This document shows, piece after piece, positions 26,630 to 42,600 of a DNA stretch of 64,000 nucleotides; the stretch's first letter is position 1, and every line of letters begins with the position of its first letter. The translations under genes were made by a program, and so were the position numbers. This stretch comes from Schmidtea polychroa. Lineage: Eukaryota. Under the pieces are notes generated by a model, which was not told where the DNA came from, did no database searches, and worked only from the letters and a program-made list of their open reading frames with translations. The stretch lies in the NCBI GenBank assembly GCA_044892525.1, contig CM097885.1, forward strand, positions 10,418,001 through 10,482,000, written 5' to 3'.

Positions 26630-29600
26630 GTATCCCTCCTACAATACGGTCGATAGGTTCCTATAATATGACGTGTTATGTGAAACCGTGCTATAGGAGA
26701 CTAGAAGCTGGTACAAAACAGGGGTTAAGTTCCAAAAAATATTTTAATGCCACAGAAGAAACTTTATTTCTATTAAAAATAACAAAATAAATAAAAATCT
26801 AAAGAAATAAACTTTCTCTTCCGAATTGTTTTTATATTTTCACCAGACATAGTTTAGGACTGAAATTTATTTTTCAAAAAATAGTCTTAAATTACTTAAT
26901 TACAAAGAATTAACTCCTTATTAAAAATTTTTGAAAAATTTAATAAAATCGATTCCTTTTAAATTAAAATTTATTTAAATATTTTTGTTTACTATTTCAA
27001 AATTCCATGCAATATTTTTTTTCTATTTTACAAAATATGGTCTGCGCTCTTGCGATGGGCTCCACAAAATGCTAAAATATGTTACAAAAAGAATTCATAA
27101 AAACACCTGCATAAAATTTTTAAATTTTGGAATCCAGCCAGGATACTGAAATTTTTTTGCAACAGCGAATTTATGTACATACACAAAAAATAAATTTGAA
27201 ATAATAAAATAAGGGTATTCCAAAATTGTATTTTATATCAATATTATAATTTTCTTAAAAAAAAGTGTTGTAGAAGTACTGTGTTATAAGAGGTTTTCGG
27301 AAATTTGTTTAATTGTGTTGTGTGATACCATGCTATAGGAGGGATATCTGTATTTCAATTAAAGTGCCTAAGGGTATTTTTAAATCATGCCCACCGGTGT
27401 ACAAGCCAGTCCCCAAGTAAAACATGTCGCATGCCCACCCGTGAGCACTCGGGCCGGTAATGTTGTTGCGGAGTGACCCACCGGTGGACTTTAACGTGTA
27501 AAACAGAAATCGATAGTGAAAGTTTTTGATAAATATTTGAAAGTTATGAAAATTAAATATAGATGTGACAAGAAGTGTATTGGTAAAATAAGAAGTAACG
27601 GAACGCATGTTGAGACCAAAAAAATAGTCTTTCGCTCATTTAAAATTTTTAATATCAAAAATTAATTTTCATTGTAGATTTTTCGAAATATTACTGCAGT
27701 AATTAAACTACCTTATATTTTACAATGGAAATAGAAACCACAAACTACCAAATTAAAGTTGGCGTTATACACAATAACACAATCTAAACAACAACGTTAC
27801 TGGCACAGACTAACTGGTTACTGACGCAATTCGCACTATTGTTGAAGTTTATAGTTAAGTAGTAAGGTATGTAGAATAGCCAACACAGAACACATGATGT
27901 TTATTCGATTTAAAAGGGAAAAAGGAACAAGACACGAAACCATATCATGCCAGCAAGGTAGGAATACACGAATATTCCCTGACTTGATGACAGGAAAGGA
28001 TTCCTGATCCACTAAATATATAACAATCACAAATAACAATCACTTGCATCATTCTTAAACATAAATAAAAATAAAAACAAAATCCTGATATAAAATTAGA
28101 CATATTTAAAGAAGAACGAAAATGTTTAGTTATAAAATTTTTAATGCATCCAAATTAATTAATTTTCAAAAGTCGACCAAAAAAGAATTCCTTTTTTAAA
28201 TTGCCAAAAAGAAAACAAAAGATATTTTACAAAAAATATCTTATTTAATAATTTTATAAACTATTTACAAAACCATAAAAAATTTAATCGAAATAATTTA
28301 ATCTATTGCAAAATCCATAATAACTCCAAATAAAATGCATATTGTGATTACAAAATTGAAAAACAAAAGTTTTATATGCGTAATAACTTCAAATATATTT
28401 TTATAAATTAAAATTGGAAACTAAAACTTTCAATAAATTTAGAAACGTATAACCAAAAAAAAGTTTATTGCAAACTTAGTCTTAAAAAATCAAGTTTTGT
28501 GTGATACTCCTCAAAGCATGGAACAATGCACAAACCACCATCACAATGTTTACACTGGTATCTTGATTCTCTGTGTATTTTTTCTAAGGGCCTGCCGAAG
28601 TGACTTTTTTGCCGAAGTCCGAAGTTCAAATTTTTAAATTACTATTTGGCCGAAGCCGAAGTCGAATCAAATGTCTGGTGCGTGAAAATAATTTAGGGAC
28701 CTGTACCTACTGCAATGACCTACGGCGATTTATTAAAATGAATCATATCAATAAAACTGAAAAAATTATACAATGGGTGATAATACAAGATATTGAGAAG
28801 TGTTCATTTTGTTGTCTTTTGAAACATGGATGTAAATTATATAACATAGATCTGTTCGCAACAAGCAAAGTAACGTGAAACGAAAAAATAAAAAAATACA
28901 TGTGTTTATATAAATATATACATCTTCATTAGTTTATTAGTAGTCAAAACGGACCACATCGAGATTTTTCATTAAAAATAGAAGCATCTCAGTTTTGGCT
29001 GGTGTTAAGTTTGATCGACGGTCATCGCATATAAGACCAGCCAAACTGAAGGTTCTTTCACTATCCACGCTGGAAGGAGGAGAAGCACAGAATTGTTTGG
29101 CGACCAGTGCAAGTTGAGGATAGGTGTATTGCCTTGATTTCCAATATTCTATTGGATCTTTTGGAGGCGAGTGTCGTTGGTTGCACGCTTCCGTTAAATA
29201 TGCATTGAGCTGTTGTTGGAGATTATTATCGCTCAAGCAAAATTTCACTATTTGGATCGTACAGGGTCTATTGCCGAAGTCCGAAGTTTCCGAAGTGTTT
29301 GAACTTTGGTCCGAATCGAAGTTCAAATCAAAGTTCGGCAGGTCACTAATTTTTTCCTTCTTTCATATGACTTTCGAGAACAAACAGCGCAATATCGAGT
29401 AGGAAAGCACTTTGATCGCTCTAGAGGCATGGCAGAATATCTAAACAGCCAATCAGGATGGATGATCGAGATATTTCAATAAATATCTCACAGTACTCTA
29501 ATGTTCGAAGATATGCGATTTTGCTGTTTTGACGACAAGCTTCATAACATCATGTCAACACCATAGATATTTTTGCGCTTAAAATGTCGAATTTCGCACA

Positions 29601-32600
29601 TAAAAGAGTATGTGCGAAATTTTTAATTAATTAGTTTATTTAGAAGAAAAGAGCTGCTGAAAGTTATCGTTTACTTCGGGAAGTCGGCGGTGAATATGTT
29701 ATATCTCAAGATACTCGCAAACGCCTTAAAAGTGACGATTTCGACGTGAAAGACAAAAAACGTTTAAGTTAACCAAAAAAGTTTGAAAATAAACCTTACA
29801 AGCATCATTAGATGAAGATTACTTTCAAACTCAAAAACAATTTGCAGAAAGATTAAACGCTTCTCAGCAAACGATTTTTGATCGTTTAAAAGCTACGAAA
29901 GAGAATTTAAAGCAAGGCCAATTCAACAGAACCAATAACAAATGTTAGTGCTAAACTATGCCTTCTGGTTCGACAATTCAATATTAAAGCATATTTATTA
30001 TGATGCTCACTTAATACATATTTCTGAAGTATTCCAATCCATCTTTGAACAATTTTACAATTAGTCTGACTATTTAACTGATTGCCAACTTTTCTTTGAA
30101 ATTCGCAATTGGAATCATTACTTTAAAATCTTGGCATTATTCGGCTTGTTCGTAGCATTCAGTGGCAAAGTGTTACCCTTTGATAGCACATTGTGTGAAT
30201 AAGTTTAATGAGAATATTGTTCATTTGCGGTCAGTTCTGAGGACAAATCAGGATACATAACTTCAATATTTTATCGTTTTAAATTGCATTGTGGTTATGG
30301 TATCAATAAACTTCAATAAATTGTTGGGATCATTGTCATCACTCAATAACACTAGGATAATAATTCATAAGACCGGAATTCAGTCACTGACAAATCAACA
30401 TTGATCTATTATTGTAATGAAGATAAATGCTATTCGAAAGAATTGTTTTGGGTTAGGATTTTTAATATAACACTCTAACTCCGATATTCATTTAATCATT
30501 ATTAAAAGTCATAGTCAGTGACAAAAATAAAAAAATCACCAATTCTCATTGTGAGATGTTACATTTTATAATATTAAATCTCAAAAATGTTTAAAGATTA
30601 AAATTTGAAAAATAGAATATAAACTGAAAATATATAAATTTTAAATAATGAAACGAATTTAGAAATAAATACACCTATCCCCCGATTTACACGGTAGATA
30701 CGTTCATGAGAAAAACGTGTAAATCGAAAATTAAAAATTTTCAAGTCAAAACCGTGTAAATCGAAAAGCTTGCAGAAAATGCATAATTTTGCTATTTAAC
30801 AGTTGTGATTTTTTTCAATATTTTTAGGTGTACACAGAAATAAAAATAAAATGCATTGACAGGTTAAAATATGTAATATATTACGGAAACACTGTTTTTT
30901 TATTTAATTACAATACATTAAACAGAAGAACAAAAAATAAAACCAAAGGTGTTTTATTATCCTTCATCACTATCAGAAATTACTCTCATTCTTTTTTTCG
31001 GAATCGAAGGTTGGAATTCATTTTCATCACTCGGAGTTATTTGTGCCGATTCGATGTTTGAAGCAGAAATATTTACATTCTGAGAGGTGGTAATAAAATC
31101 GGTTATTAACAATTGCTTCGAATTTTTTGTAAGATCTTTGTAAACTTCTTCATATTGAGCCAAGCAGCGATTTATGTCATGTTGGAATCGTAAAGCCCTT
31201 TCTACGTTTGTGTCATTTTGTATAAAATGATTACCCAGCTTTCTTCCCAATGCGAGTCCTTCGCGGATGACTTTAGCAGTGAATGTTACTGGTACTAATT
31301 CCTCTTCATCAGATTTTTCAGACTCACTTTCGCAAACTAAGTTAACTAAATCATCCTCACTTAGTTCTTTATCAGCCATTAACTCTGCGATATCATCATC
31401 AGTAAAATCATCAAAACCTTCTCCGCCCAATGAATGCGCCATCTGTACTATCTGCGAATATTCATCATTTAACGTTGAAATGGAATGTTCATTTTTGACT
31501 ACATTTGGCCACAATTTTTTCCAACAGCTATTGAGCGTTGTTTGCTTAATCGCAGTGTATGATAAGGCGATATGCTTCACACAGTCTAATATTGTAAAAT
31601 TTTTCCAAGCACTAATAACTGTTAAAGATTCATTTTTCTCCATTTGTTCCAAAATATATGTAAAGGCTCTCTTTTATGTACAAAGCTTTAAAAGTAGAAA
31701 TTATGCCTTGGTCCAATGGTTGTAATAATGAAGTTGTATTTTTTGGTAAAAATTTTACTTCAACGTTCTCATATTCTAGATCTTGTGGGTGACCCGGCGC
31801 ATTGTCAATTAACAAAAGCACTTTAAAAGGCAATCCCTTTGAACCTAAATATTTTTTGGCATCTGGGATAAAACATTCATGAAACCATTCAGTAAACATT
31901 GCAGCAGTAACCCACGCTTTCTTATTAGCCCTCCAATAAACGGGAAGATTTTTGATGTTTACTCCTTTAAAGGCATGGGGCATTTTTGATTTGTTAATCA
32001 CAAATGGTTTCATAATATAATCTCCTGAAGCATTGCTACAGAAAAGAATTGTTTTGCGATCTTTTGCTGCTTTATGACCACTAGCCGATTTATAAAATTT
32101 TGAGACATTAACAAATATTTTTTAAACTTTAAAACTTTAATTTTAAGCGAAGTCAGCACATAAGCTCGAGATTCCCCGTGAGATGTGTACACAGCGCACG
32201 TGTTCAAACACAGTAGCATTTAGTAGAGTGCGATAAAAACAAAAAAAAACTTATTTGAAAAACCGTGTAAAAGCGAAAACGTGTAAAACAAGTACCGTGT
32301 AAATCGGGGGATAGGTGTATATATAACGCTTTCCTAAAAGATTAGTACGTTGTGTTAAGTGAAATCTCACTCCTTGAAGTTTGTTTGATCTAACTTATAA
32401 AAAAATAAATATTATTATCTAAATTTCTCAATTATGGATGTTTTAAATACGAGTTGTGAAAAACAATAACTGGTAAATTATGAGGTTAATTCGCGTCTGT
32501 GTGCGCATTGTATTATGAGATGTGGTTTGTGTTTGTATGCGCACACAGGCGCGATCAGTGTCATTTTTTGTGATGGTTGATTGTCAGTTTGTCTCGCGCC

Positions 32601-33578
32601 TGTGCGCGCTTTGTACTGGTTTTTGGAGTCTTTTGTGTGCGCACACAGACGCGGACAATTGTGAATATTATCATGGTCAGAGCTTTTTGGATCGATTTCG
32701 AATTGTTAGAGTTATGTTTTCTGGAATTGTGGTTTTAAGGAATTGATTTATAATTTTGATTTGAATTTTCGGCCTTAGTGAAATATGGAAGATAATGAAT
32801 GTTTGATATGTCGTATTTCAATGAGCAATATGGTGAATAGATGTTTTTTCAGCACTGAAACTTGTCCATGTGACCGTGGCTCAGCAAGATTGTTGCAAAT
32901 TATTAATGGGAGTTTTTCAAAACGATTGGAAATCAACGATTTAACTTCTGTAAATCATGAAATGACAGAAGAGGAACTCCAAGATATGTCTATGAAATTT
33001 CCCAAAAGGTTTAAAAATATTCCGAAATTATCTGAAACCATTTATGACATGAGCGATAAAAAGATAAACTTGCTAACTTATGAATATGATATTCTATTCA
33101 ATCGAGCTCTTAACAAGATCAACACAATAAATGGTTTAACAAATAATGGTTTTGTACAAATAAAGCGTGTGATGCGATTAATTACAAAGAAATTCTTCTG
33201 ATGTGTCTTAGACGTAAACAATAACTCTAATACATATCAAAGACAAATATTTGACAATCAACACTAAAGAAGAAGCCAGTGAAATCGCCAATCTGATTGT
33301 TAAGTAAAATCGCACTGAATGAAAATTTAAAATATTGAATTCTCATGTAATTTTTTTTGAAAAGCTTGAATTTCAACTATTATTTAATTAGATTCAATAA
33401 AAAGGCAGATAAAAAATTTGAAAGAAAAAGGCAAATATTGAACATTTGAGCTAAATTCTGAAGTTAATTGAAAAGAATTATTTCATAATCGATTTGCACA
33501 TAATAAAATTTGTAGCAAAGATTTATTTTGTCATTGATTAATTGTATAATATTTATCTTATTATATTACCAGGAAACA

Positions 33579-33612
<34 letters not shown>

Positions 33613-36600
33613 GTTCGTCAATTTTTGAAGGAAAACAATTTATTTTCTTATATATTTTGATGTTTTCATACAAGAAAATCTTAATAGTTATGTAAATATC
33701 CCAATTAATTTAGACATTTATTTGAGATAATCTTTCTTTAATCTATTTTATTTCAAGAATTTCATAAAAATGTTTGATTATGATAATTTAAAATATATTA
33801 TAAGTGCAGGTGTATATGGAGAAATTAAATTTTGATCTATTACAAAAATAAGAATATTTATTAATTCAGGCAATCGCAGTTGTGATAATATAATAAGTTA
33901 AATTAAAATTTCTATGAAGATTTGTTTGAATATTGCAAGTAAATTGTATTTTTTGAATTAAATACTAAAAGTATTACAACAATATTGAAAAACATTCTAT
34001 TGTAAATCACTCAACAAAATATTATGTTTATGTTAGTTTTCTTAGGAATATAAATGACATATAATTGAATAAACATAAAATAAAGAGAGTAATGTGTAGT
34101 GATAATTGAAATATTAAGTTTAGAACAGAATACAAAATGTCTAACTAAAAAACTTTTGATGTTATTGTTCACAAGTTTTTTAATTAGTGAACTTCGAATG
34201 TAAAATACCAGGAAATAAATTCAATTATTTTAAGACAAATCATAATAAAAGATGTTTCTTTAAATTTGAAGAAATCGGAACATATTTACTATATGGTATG
34301 GGTAAATAAATAAATTACGGGAAATGATGAATTGCTGTTAATTGCATTTATGATAACCACATTATTGGAAGTGAAATTCTAGGACACAAATTCAAATAAC
34401 AAAATCTGATCAATCCTGAAGTAAATTTCGAATGAAATGTTAATTTTAAAATTTCGCTTTTAATTTGAATGCTATGTCAAGAATTATTATAATTGTTATT
34501 TAAAGATAAATTGGCTTGTTTATATCTTTCAGATTAAACATTACTGAATTATTCAAACTAGCAATTATAGTAAGCTCGTTTATACGAATTTATATAATTA
34601 TATTTAGTAGAATTAAAATTCAGAAATTAGTTTCGTCTTTTACCAGTTTTAATCTATATATTTGATTCTATTAATAATGGATCTAATACTCCTCCAGAGA
34701 ACACTCAGACAATTCAACCGAAGAATATAAATACTAGAACAATGTCATAAATCTTCATGAAGCAGTACAAACTACATCAAGACGACGAGTAGTTAAATAT
34801 ATCTTGGTCCAACAAATATGCTGATGATCTGTAACTGCAATACTCTGCAATAGCCTTCGCAAAGTTGGATCTCAAGTACATCAAACATCAGCAATCGTAT
34901 CCAGACTAATAATAAGATCGCCATAACAACTGCCCAAAGAACCCTTCGTAGACTTCATTACGGCCCTTACGTCGTTGGCCGATAAATAACGGCGCTTAGT
35001 CAACATCGAGAAATATTAATTAGCGATGCATTGGCAACTAATATATCCGACAATGCTATTAAACAAAGAATATTGGAAATGTCAAACGTAAACTACCCAT
35101 TCAAACTACAACAATCTAGGAAATTGCTACGCTAGACTTGAATAAATTGTCAAACTCAAATCAGCCCCAAAACATTTCTTCAATTAAAGAATCTGTCTCG
35201 GTGCAAATGGTGCGGAACACTCGACACCTTAGAGAAAGATGCCCAGCATGAGATTCAATCTACAAGAAATGTAATAAGTCTGGTCAATGGTTAATAGTCT
35301 GTAAATCTAGGAAATAAATCGCAAACTCTATGAATTCAAAAAACTTCCATTCGGCTGCAGGAATGTAGTACAAATTTATCAATTGATAGCCTAATATATG
35401 AAAAGAATTAAAAAAATACCCTAGCGTATATCGATGACTTCATCATATTCAGAACAACTTTGGAAGTCGACAACGATGACTGCAAAACTTGGAGTATTTC
35501 ATGACCAGCGCTAGCTTGGGGTGAAATCGTCAAGGACTACCCACCATAACACAATAAGCGATAACAATGGCATTGACAGACAACTACACATAAAATAGCA
35601 TTTCCACGAAGCAGACAGATAACAGTTGGTTGACTAGCTACGCATCGACCTCGTCGGTAGATTAAGTCTCACGTAGATACACCAACTCGATCAATAATTC
35701 CAAGAGTAAATCAAACATACTCATTGGAGGATAGGAAAATTGCACTAGGCTAGATTCATTTTATTAAGTGCCCCCAATATTTCATTAGGGTGCGGCCATC
35801 TAGATGTCACGTAACCTTATTGGGGTCACAGCGCAAAATACGCTTTGAGAAGTCATTTTCATTTATGGAAACCATTGCACGGTCAAAATAAAAAAAAATA
35901 AAAAACTCATTACCTAAATCAACGGTTCTTAAACGTGGGTCGCGACCCACTTTCGGGCCGTGGAGTATTTTGACAAATTTAATATTCTTTGAAAATTTTT
36001 TTACATTTCAAGCGAACTTTAGCTTAAAATTTACTTTAAAGGAAATTTTTCTGACTATTAACCAAAAATAGCTTTTTAATGATCATTCAGAAGAAAGTTT
36101 AAAAATTAAATTTGTTTATTCTTAAGACTATTGATTAAAATATTCAATTCAAAAAATTAATACAGAAATTTACATAATTTAAAAAGCTGTATTATAACTT
36201 TCTATTTAAAAAAAATTATTAAAATTGAAAAAAAGTGAAGATCTTTCTAATAGCATAAATATATAAAAATTATTAAATTGATATTGATATAATAAATGTC
36301 TATTTGAACGCAGTCACATTTTCTCAGGTATTTATATTTTGGGTTGGCAACAAAGTAATTTCGGTTGTATGACTTGTGTTAGTGGTGCACTTTGCCTTTT
36401 GACATTTGATATTAGTCATATTAAGGTTACTTTAGAAGCAAGTGGTGCGCGATCAATTTGAAAATGGAGCGCAGAAACGAATATTTTACTTATTTGTTTC
36501 CGTAAAGGAAAGAAAGTTGCTAAGGCTCACGAAGAGATATGTTGGTTCAAAAAATTCCGTTCTGGAAAATTTTCCCTCAAAGATGATCAACGTTGCGGTC

Positions 36601-39600
36601 GGTCTTTTGAACTTGATGAAAAAATCAAAGTCATAATTGAAGAAGTCATACAACACTTTGAAAAATGCTTTAAATGTCAATATTATAACTACTTAAATGT
36701 TCGTAAAAATCAAAGGTCACAGGCTGAAATGGTTGAGAAACATTGCTTTAGATGGTTTTCAATTCATTCATTTCATTTGGGCGTAGTGTTCAATTGTTGA
36801 ACGAGGATGAACTGTTGTCTCATCACAAACCAAATCGTAAAATCACATTTATATCTGCGTTCAAAATTAATAATAATCATTATTATAGTGGTAGTTGTAC
36901 CATATGGGGTCATTATTTAATTATATTGAACAAGTATTAGCATATTATATTTTCGTCACCATGGCTTTTACATTTGAAATGTCTTATCTGGTAATTTCAT
37001 TTTAATTTTAATGTGAAGAGTTCAAGAGTTCAACAGAGAAAAATTTTAAAGGAAAATAAAGGAAACATTTTAGTCTTAATCTGAATAATTTTCTCCAGTA
37101 AGTCAATTGGCTAAAACATAATTTCGATAAAGATAATGTCAACACGAACAGTGAAAGGATTTTTAATCATAGATAAATTTGTTTTCATAATTTCTGATAA
37201 TTTATTTCAACAAACAGAAAAGTTTTTGTTGACCCAAAAATGTGGATAGTTAAAAATTTTCAACAATTATATTAAAAAAGTAGGAGTCCGAGTAACTAGA
37301 CACCAGGATTATCAAAATTTAAACAAAAACATACTTCAGGTGAATTTAAGGTGAACGTCGCAAGGTAATTCGCGTCTTGTTTATTCCAAGCCAATCGTAA
37401 AAGTGCCGATTTATTTGGATCTTCATAAATAATTGTAGAATGCTCCAAATGACGCAAATCAAACATTCTTACGGATGCATCAGCCCCTGAACAAAATAAT
37501 GTGCATAAATTCTAGAATTTCAATTGATGAATAACCTAGAAAATTGTTTAATGTTTTATGCACATTTTTTGGTATTAAAGTGAATGTACAAATACAGAAT
37601 GACTTCCCGACTCCATCAACACAGCTTAAGAATGTATAAGTGATGTCATTTTAATATAATATTATTCGACAATTTATGAATGCTTTGTTTATTTGTATTT
37701 AGCAATTGTTACAAGTTTGAATTTATCTATTTAATATTAAGCAAATGTTCAGTGAAAATGAATTTTTATCTACTAAGGATACCTTATATTCGTTCTATTT
37801 AAAAAGAAAGCATTTCAATAACCAGCCCCCCCCACACACATATATATATATGAATAAATTTTTCTGGTGAATTATATTTCATCTCCAAATCAAGAAGAAA
37901 TTTATCTTTAAATTCAGAATCCTACATGAATTCTCAAATCATCACAAATAAAGAGATATTACCAAGATTCCCGATTGGTATCAAGGAAATGATAAAGAAT
38001 TCACAATTTCTGTCATCTTTACGGAAATACTTTAATTATTTAATTGACTGAATAATTTATATAAAATAAAGGTTTTTATTATTAAAAGAAATTAAAACGC
38101 AACAATTAAAATCATATATAATTAATTAAAAAATTTTAAATAACAGCTGTCGATTTGCGACTGTCGTTTTAGGGGGAAAATGTAATTTCAGAACCATTTT
38201 CAACGGAATTAAAAAAGGAAATCACTTTGCGATTAATTAGGGGAACACTCGCGTAACAATAAATTATTTTTTGTAAATTATAGATTAAAGATTAAATTCA
38301 AGTTCAAGATTTTGATTGACAATGAACCAGATCAAGTGCATACATTAACAGCGGTTGCAGAAAGTGAAATGCTGTTTAGAGATTGGGATTTCTCAACTTT
38401 TTTCATTTCTCGAGAATCCGAGAGTCTCGTTTTTTGCAATATTATGATTCTCGAGAAAGCGAGAGTCTCGTTCAAGAAATTTCAGGACCCGGGAAATTTC
38501 CCGAGAAATTAAAGAATCTGAAATAGTTTATAAAAAATGAGAAAACAAGAAAATTTCAAAGAAAAAAATTGTATTCAAATAAAACTAACACTATTCACTA
38601 CAAAACTAAAGAATATATAGCAAAAATAGAAAAGTTAATACATCATATGATATTATACCAAATATACCACAAAAACAAATATAATATTTTTTATTTATTG
38701 ATATTTGTGAAATAAAATTTTAAAAAACAAAGTACATCAATTGCTTTGTCAGTTAAACGTGTTCGTTTTTTAGTTACTATATTTACTGCTGTTGAAAAGT
38801 TTCTTTCATTTTGTGCTGATGTTGGTCTGATAGTCAGTAAAGTCTTTTATTTTGAATAAGTTTTGGGAAATTTGTCCATTTATTTCGTATAAATTCATTT
38901 CCTTTAATAATAAATTTACATTTGTTTTTATTTCAGCCGTTGCCAAACAATTGTTGATCGAATCTTCAAGTTTTTCTTTTAATGTTTTTTCAGCAGATTT
39001 ATCAATTTCAATTATTTCAATATTATTCTCCTCACAATTATTTGGATGATCACCAACACCAACAACAGCTCCTTCACCATCACCATCATTTTTATTAATT
39101 TTCAGCATATTAGATTTTGCTACATTTCATTTTTCGAAGCAGATTTGAAAAAATCTTTTGCATCAGCATTTAAGGAATTGGGATTATTTAAAAATTTAAT
39201 TAATGAGACTAAAGGTACATTTCTCCTTTTCGAAATTTGATCTGTTATTTCAGTAAGTAATACGGCTTTTAAATGTGTACTCTGCTCAGTCAACGATTCG
39301 AACAAAAATCTTAATATTCCTTCCGATGTTAATAAATTTGTGTCTTGTCTGGATAATGCTTCAACAGCAATTTCTACTGGTTTTAACGCTTCTAAAATAT
39401 TTTTTGCTTTAAGAGTAAAATTATTATCCCATAAATCATAAAAATTTAAATCTATTAGCGTTTTTTTTATTGGTTCAATCAACCTTAAAAATCGTTCTAT
39501 CATTGTGATAATACTATTCCATCTTGTTTTGCAGTCAAGTAATAAATGTAGATCTTTATTTTCTACTTCATTTACATATTTTTGAAGAACAGAATTTCGT

Positions 39601-42600
39601 ACAGGGGAATTTTTAAATTTTTTAACAATTATTCGAATTTTATGAATTGTTAGTTTTATATCATCTATATCATTCAATAAAAATGTTTCCCCTGTTAAAT
39701 TATTATCTTCATCTGAAAATAAATTGTCTTCAACATCATCTGATGAATCAGAATCTGAAGAATGTTCATGTTTATTATTTTTATTTGAATAAAATATTTT
39801 AAGGACTGCCAAATGTAAAGCATGATTGTAACATAGCTGCAACAAAGCTGGTGATAAAGTTCCAAATTTTACCATAACGCTTGCACCATCACTTGTAGTG
39901 GCAATAATATCTTTATCAAAACTAATATTAAATGAATTTAACTTTTCATTTACTAAATCGACCATTTTATCTGCCGGGCAGCTACCATGTATACGAACTA
40001 GTCCTAGATTTTCCGACATACCACTTGCATTATAATATATGTATATTTAAATATCGTCGGTTCCTAAAACTGGTCCACTCGTCAATACTTAAAGAAATTT
40101 TTTGATTTTTTGATTTTATTAGTTTTATTTTATTGACAATATCATCTTTTTTTTCATTGTAATATTTATAAATTATATTCATTATATCCGTTGGATATTT
40201 TGGTAAAACAAATCCTTGTAATTCTAAACTATTTCGAATAAATTCACATTTTGAAATCTTTTGAATGGGAATATTGTCGAACGCTGCTAGTTTTGAAACA
40301 ATTTCCCCAAGACTTTGTGATTGTGTACTTTTTGGTTTAAAATAATTATTTATGCTCGTAGTAGCACTGCTTCTCATACGTTTGCAACCTATATTTCCAG
40401 CCTGCAAAGTCTTGGTCATACCATGTTTTGCTGTTAAATGCCGGTGTAATCCAGTTGTTGTTGATCCTTTGCAATTAATTTCACTTTTGCAATATTTACA
40501 TATTGCCATATTTCGGTCTTCACTTCTTTCAAATTCTAGCCAACAATTCTGATACTCATTTGGTTTGGTATTTTCAGACATCTTTAGCCCTTTACTTTAA
40601 GTTCTAAATAAAGTAATTGTGATTGTAATTGTGAATGATTTAATTATCAATACTTACGAAATATTTAAATTTTTTCTTGTATGATTTGTATAAATATATA
40701 ATAATAATTTAATAATAGAATTAAAATTACAAAATTAGCTTTGTGCACTTTTAAAACAATTGCTATCACAGCAACTACAGAAAAATGTACTAAATTGTAT
40801 AATTTGAAAGTATTGGTTTTCGAAATTTAATAAAAGTATTATGGATCTAGTGATAAATATATACTATCTATTATATACCATCTATTAAATAAGTCAAAAA
40901 TTATAATTTGTTGGGGAATTTTCTATAAATAAGAATTTTCTATGGGGAAATATTTTAAGGTTTCCTTCTCGGGACTTGAAAATAAAATCTCGAGAAATCG
41001 AGAATCTCGTTTTTTAACCTTTTTCACTTCTCGAGAAACAAGACATAAAAAAAATATACAAGTCTCGAGAATTCCCGAGACGAGATTTCTCGATCCCAAT
41101 CTTTAATGCTGTTCAGCCTATCTCAAACGATCCCATACGCTGCAGACAAATTCAAAAGGAATTCATAATCCAAAAAACAGTTCTAAACTGCAAAACAGTT
41201 CTAAAAAAATACGTGTTAATGTGTAAATGAACATATTAATATTATTTATTTTAAAATTATTTTTGTAGGTTATTATTATTCCATGTTTTAGAATATTAGT
41301 TAAGATTCGATTAAAATTGAACGATTAACGATGACAAAATCACATGAGAATGAATATGCAAACAATGAAGAATGTCAAAATCTGATTATGAAATTTCCTA
41401 ATTTATGAATTAATTTTGTAAAATTTTCAATTAAATATTTTTAAGTTAAAATCGGCACCTCAATTGGCAGTCCGTTATTACTCATCCGTCTTAAAATTAA
41501 GTTTTGCTCCCTCCCCCAAATTAAAAGATTTTAGTTCAGTTCTCTTTAGTCTTAAGTTAACGCCTGAATCTCAAATTATTACAATTAGTTTGAAACAATT
41601 TTTAATTAATTTTTTTAATTTCGATTTTATTCACAATTTCTCACATTTTATCATTTAATTTTTATTAACTTCTAAATACAATTACTAAATTTTTCATAAT
41701 AAATTTTAATTTTTACATTCATCAAATATTTTGGGTTCATACATTTCAATAAGAATAAGTCTCCACCCGTTCCTTATCTAATGAAATTTGCGCCTTAGCT
41801 CACAGTGTGACTGGCCAATCCTCAGTTTAATTATGTATCGCGTCTGTGTGCGCATTGAGTATTGATTGTATATTTTCTGTTGGGTTGCGCAAACAGACGC
41901 GAGGCAAGGTATTTTTGACTTTAATATTTTTATTAATGGATTGTTTTGGACTTTTTACAAGTTTGTTTAAAAAGGTTTTTTGACGTGAATTTTTGAATAG
42001 AATAAAGATTTTTAAAAATTATTATTTTGTAGAACTACGCTCGAAACTGTTTTATTTGTCATATTTCAAGTGGTATTAATATTTAATCGTTCTGATTTCA
42101 ATATATTAATAATTAAAACCCAAAAATATTGAAACTTTATTTATAATACAGATTCAAAAAAATTCTATTTTATTTGATGTTACTGGTAATTTTATACAAC
42201 TCTCACATAGTTTCACATGCTTCAACTGTGAATATTTCAGAATATGATTAAAAAGAAATGGAAAATTCAGCTTAATTAAAGTCGAATCCACATTAACCAA
42301 GACAACATATTCACTTGTGATTGTCGTAAGTCATTTTTGGCACTATTCAGTTGAATCAAGTTTATGTCAATAACGTGGCCTATATGACATCAAAGTTCAT
42401 ATTCGAAATTTTTTTAGTAATGATCGTGATTATAACAATATAAAGAAATTATGCTAATAACAATTCTCATTTATTAATTTTTTGTTCAAATAAATTTGCA
42501 TCTTTAAATATATTTTAATGTTTTCTTTTTGAATACAAATTCTAATTAATTGTCAATAGAAAGTGTCTGATCAGCAATAAATTGATTTAAAAGTAATAAA

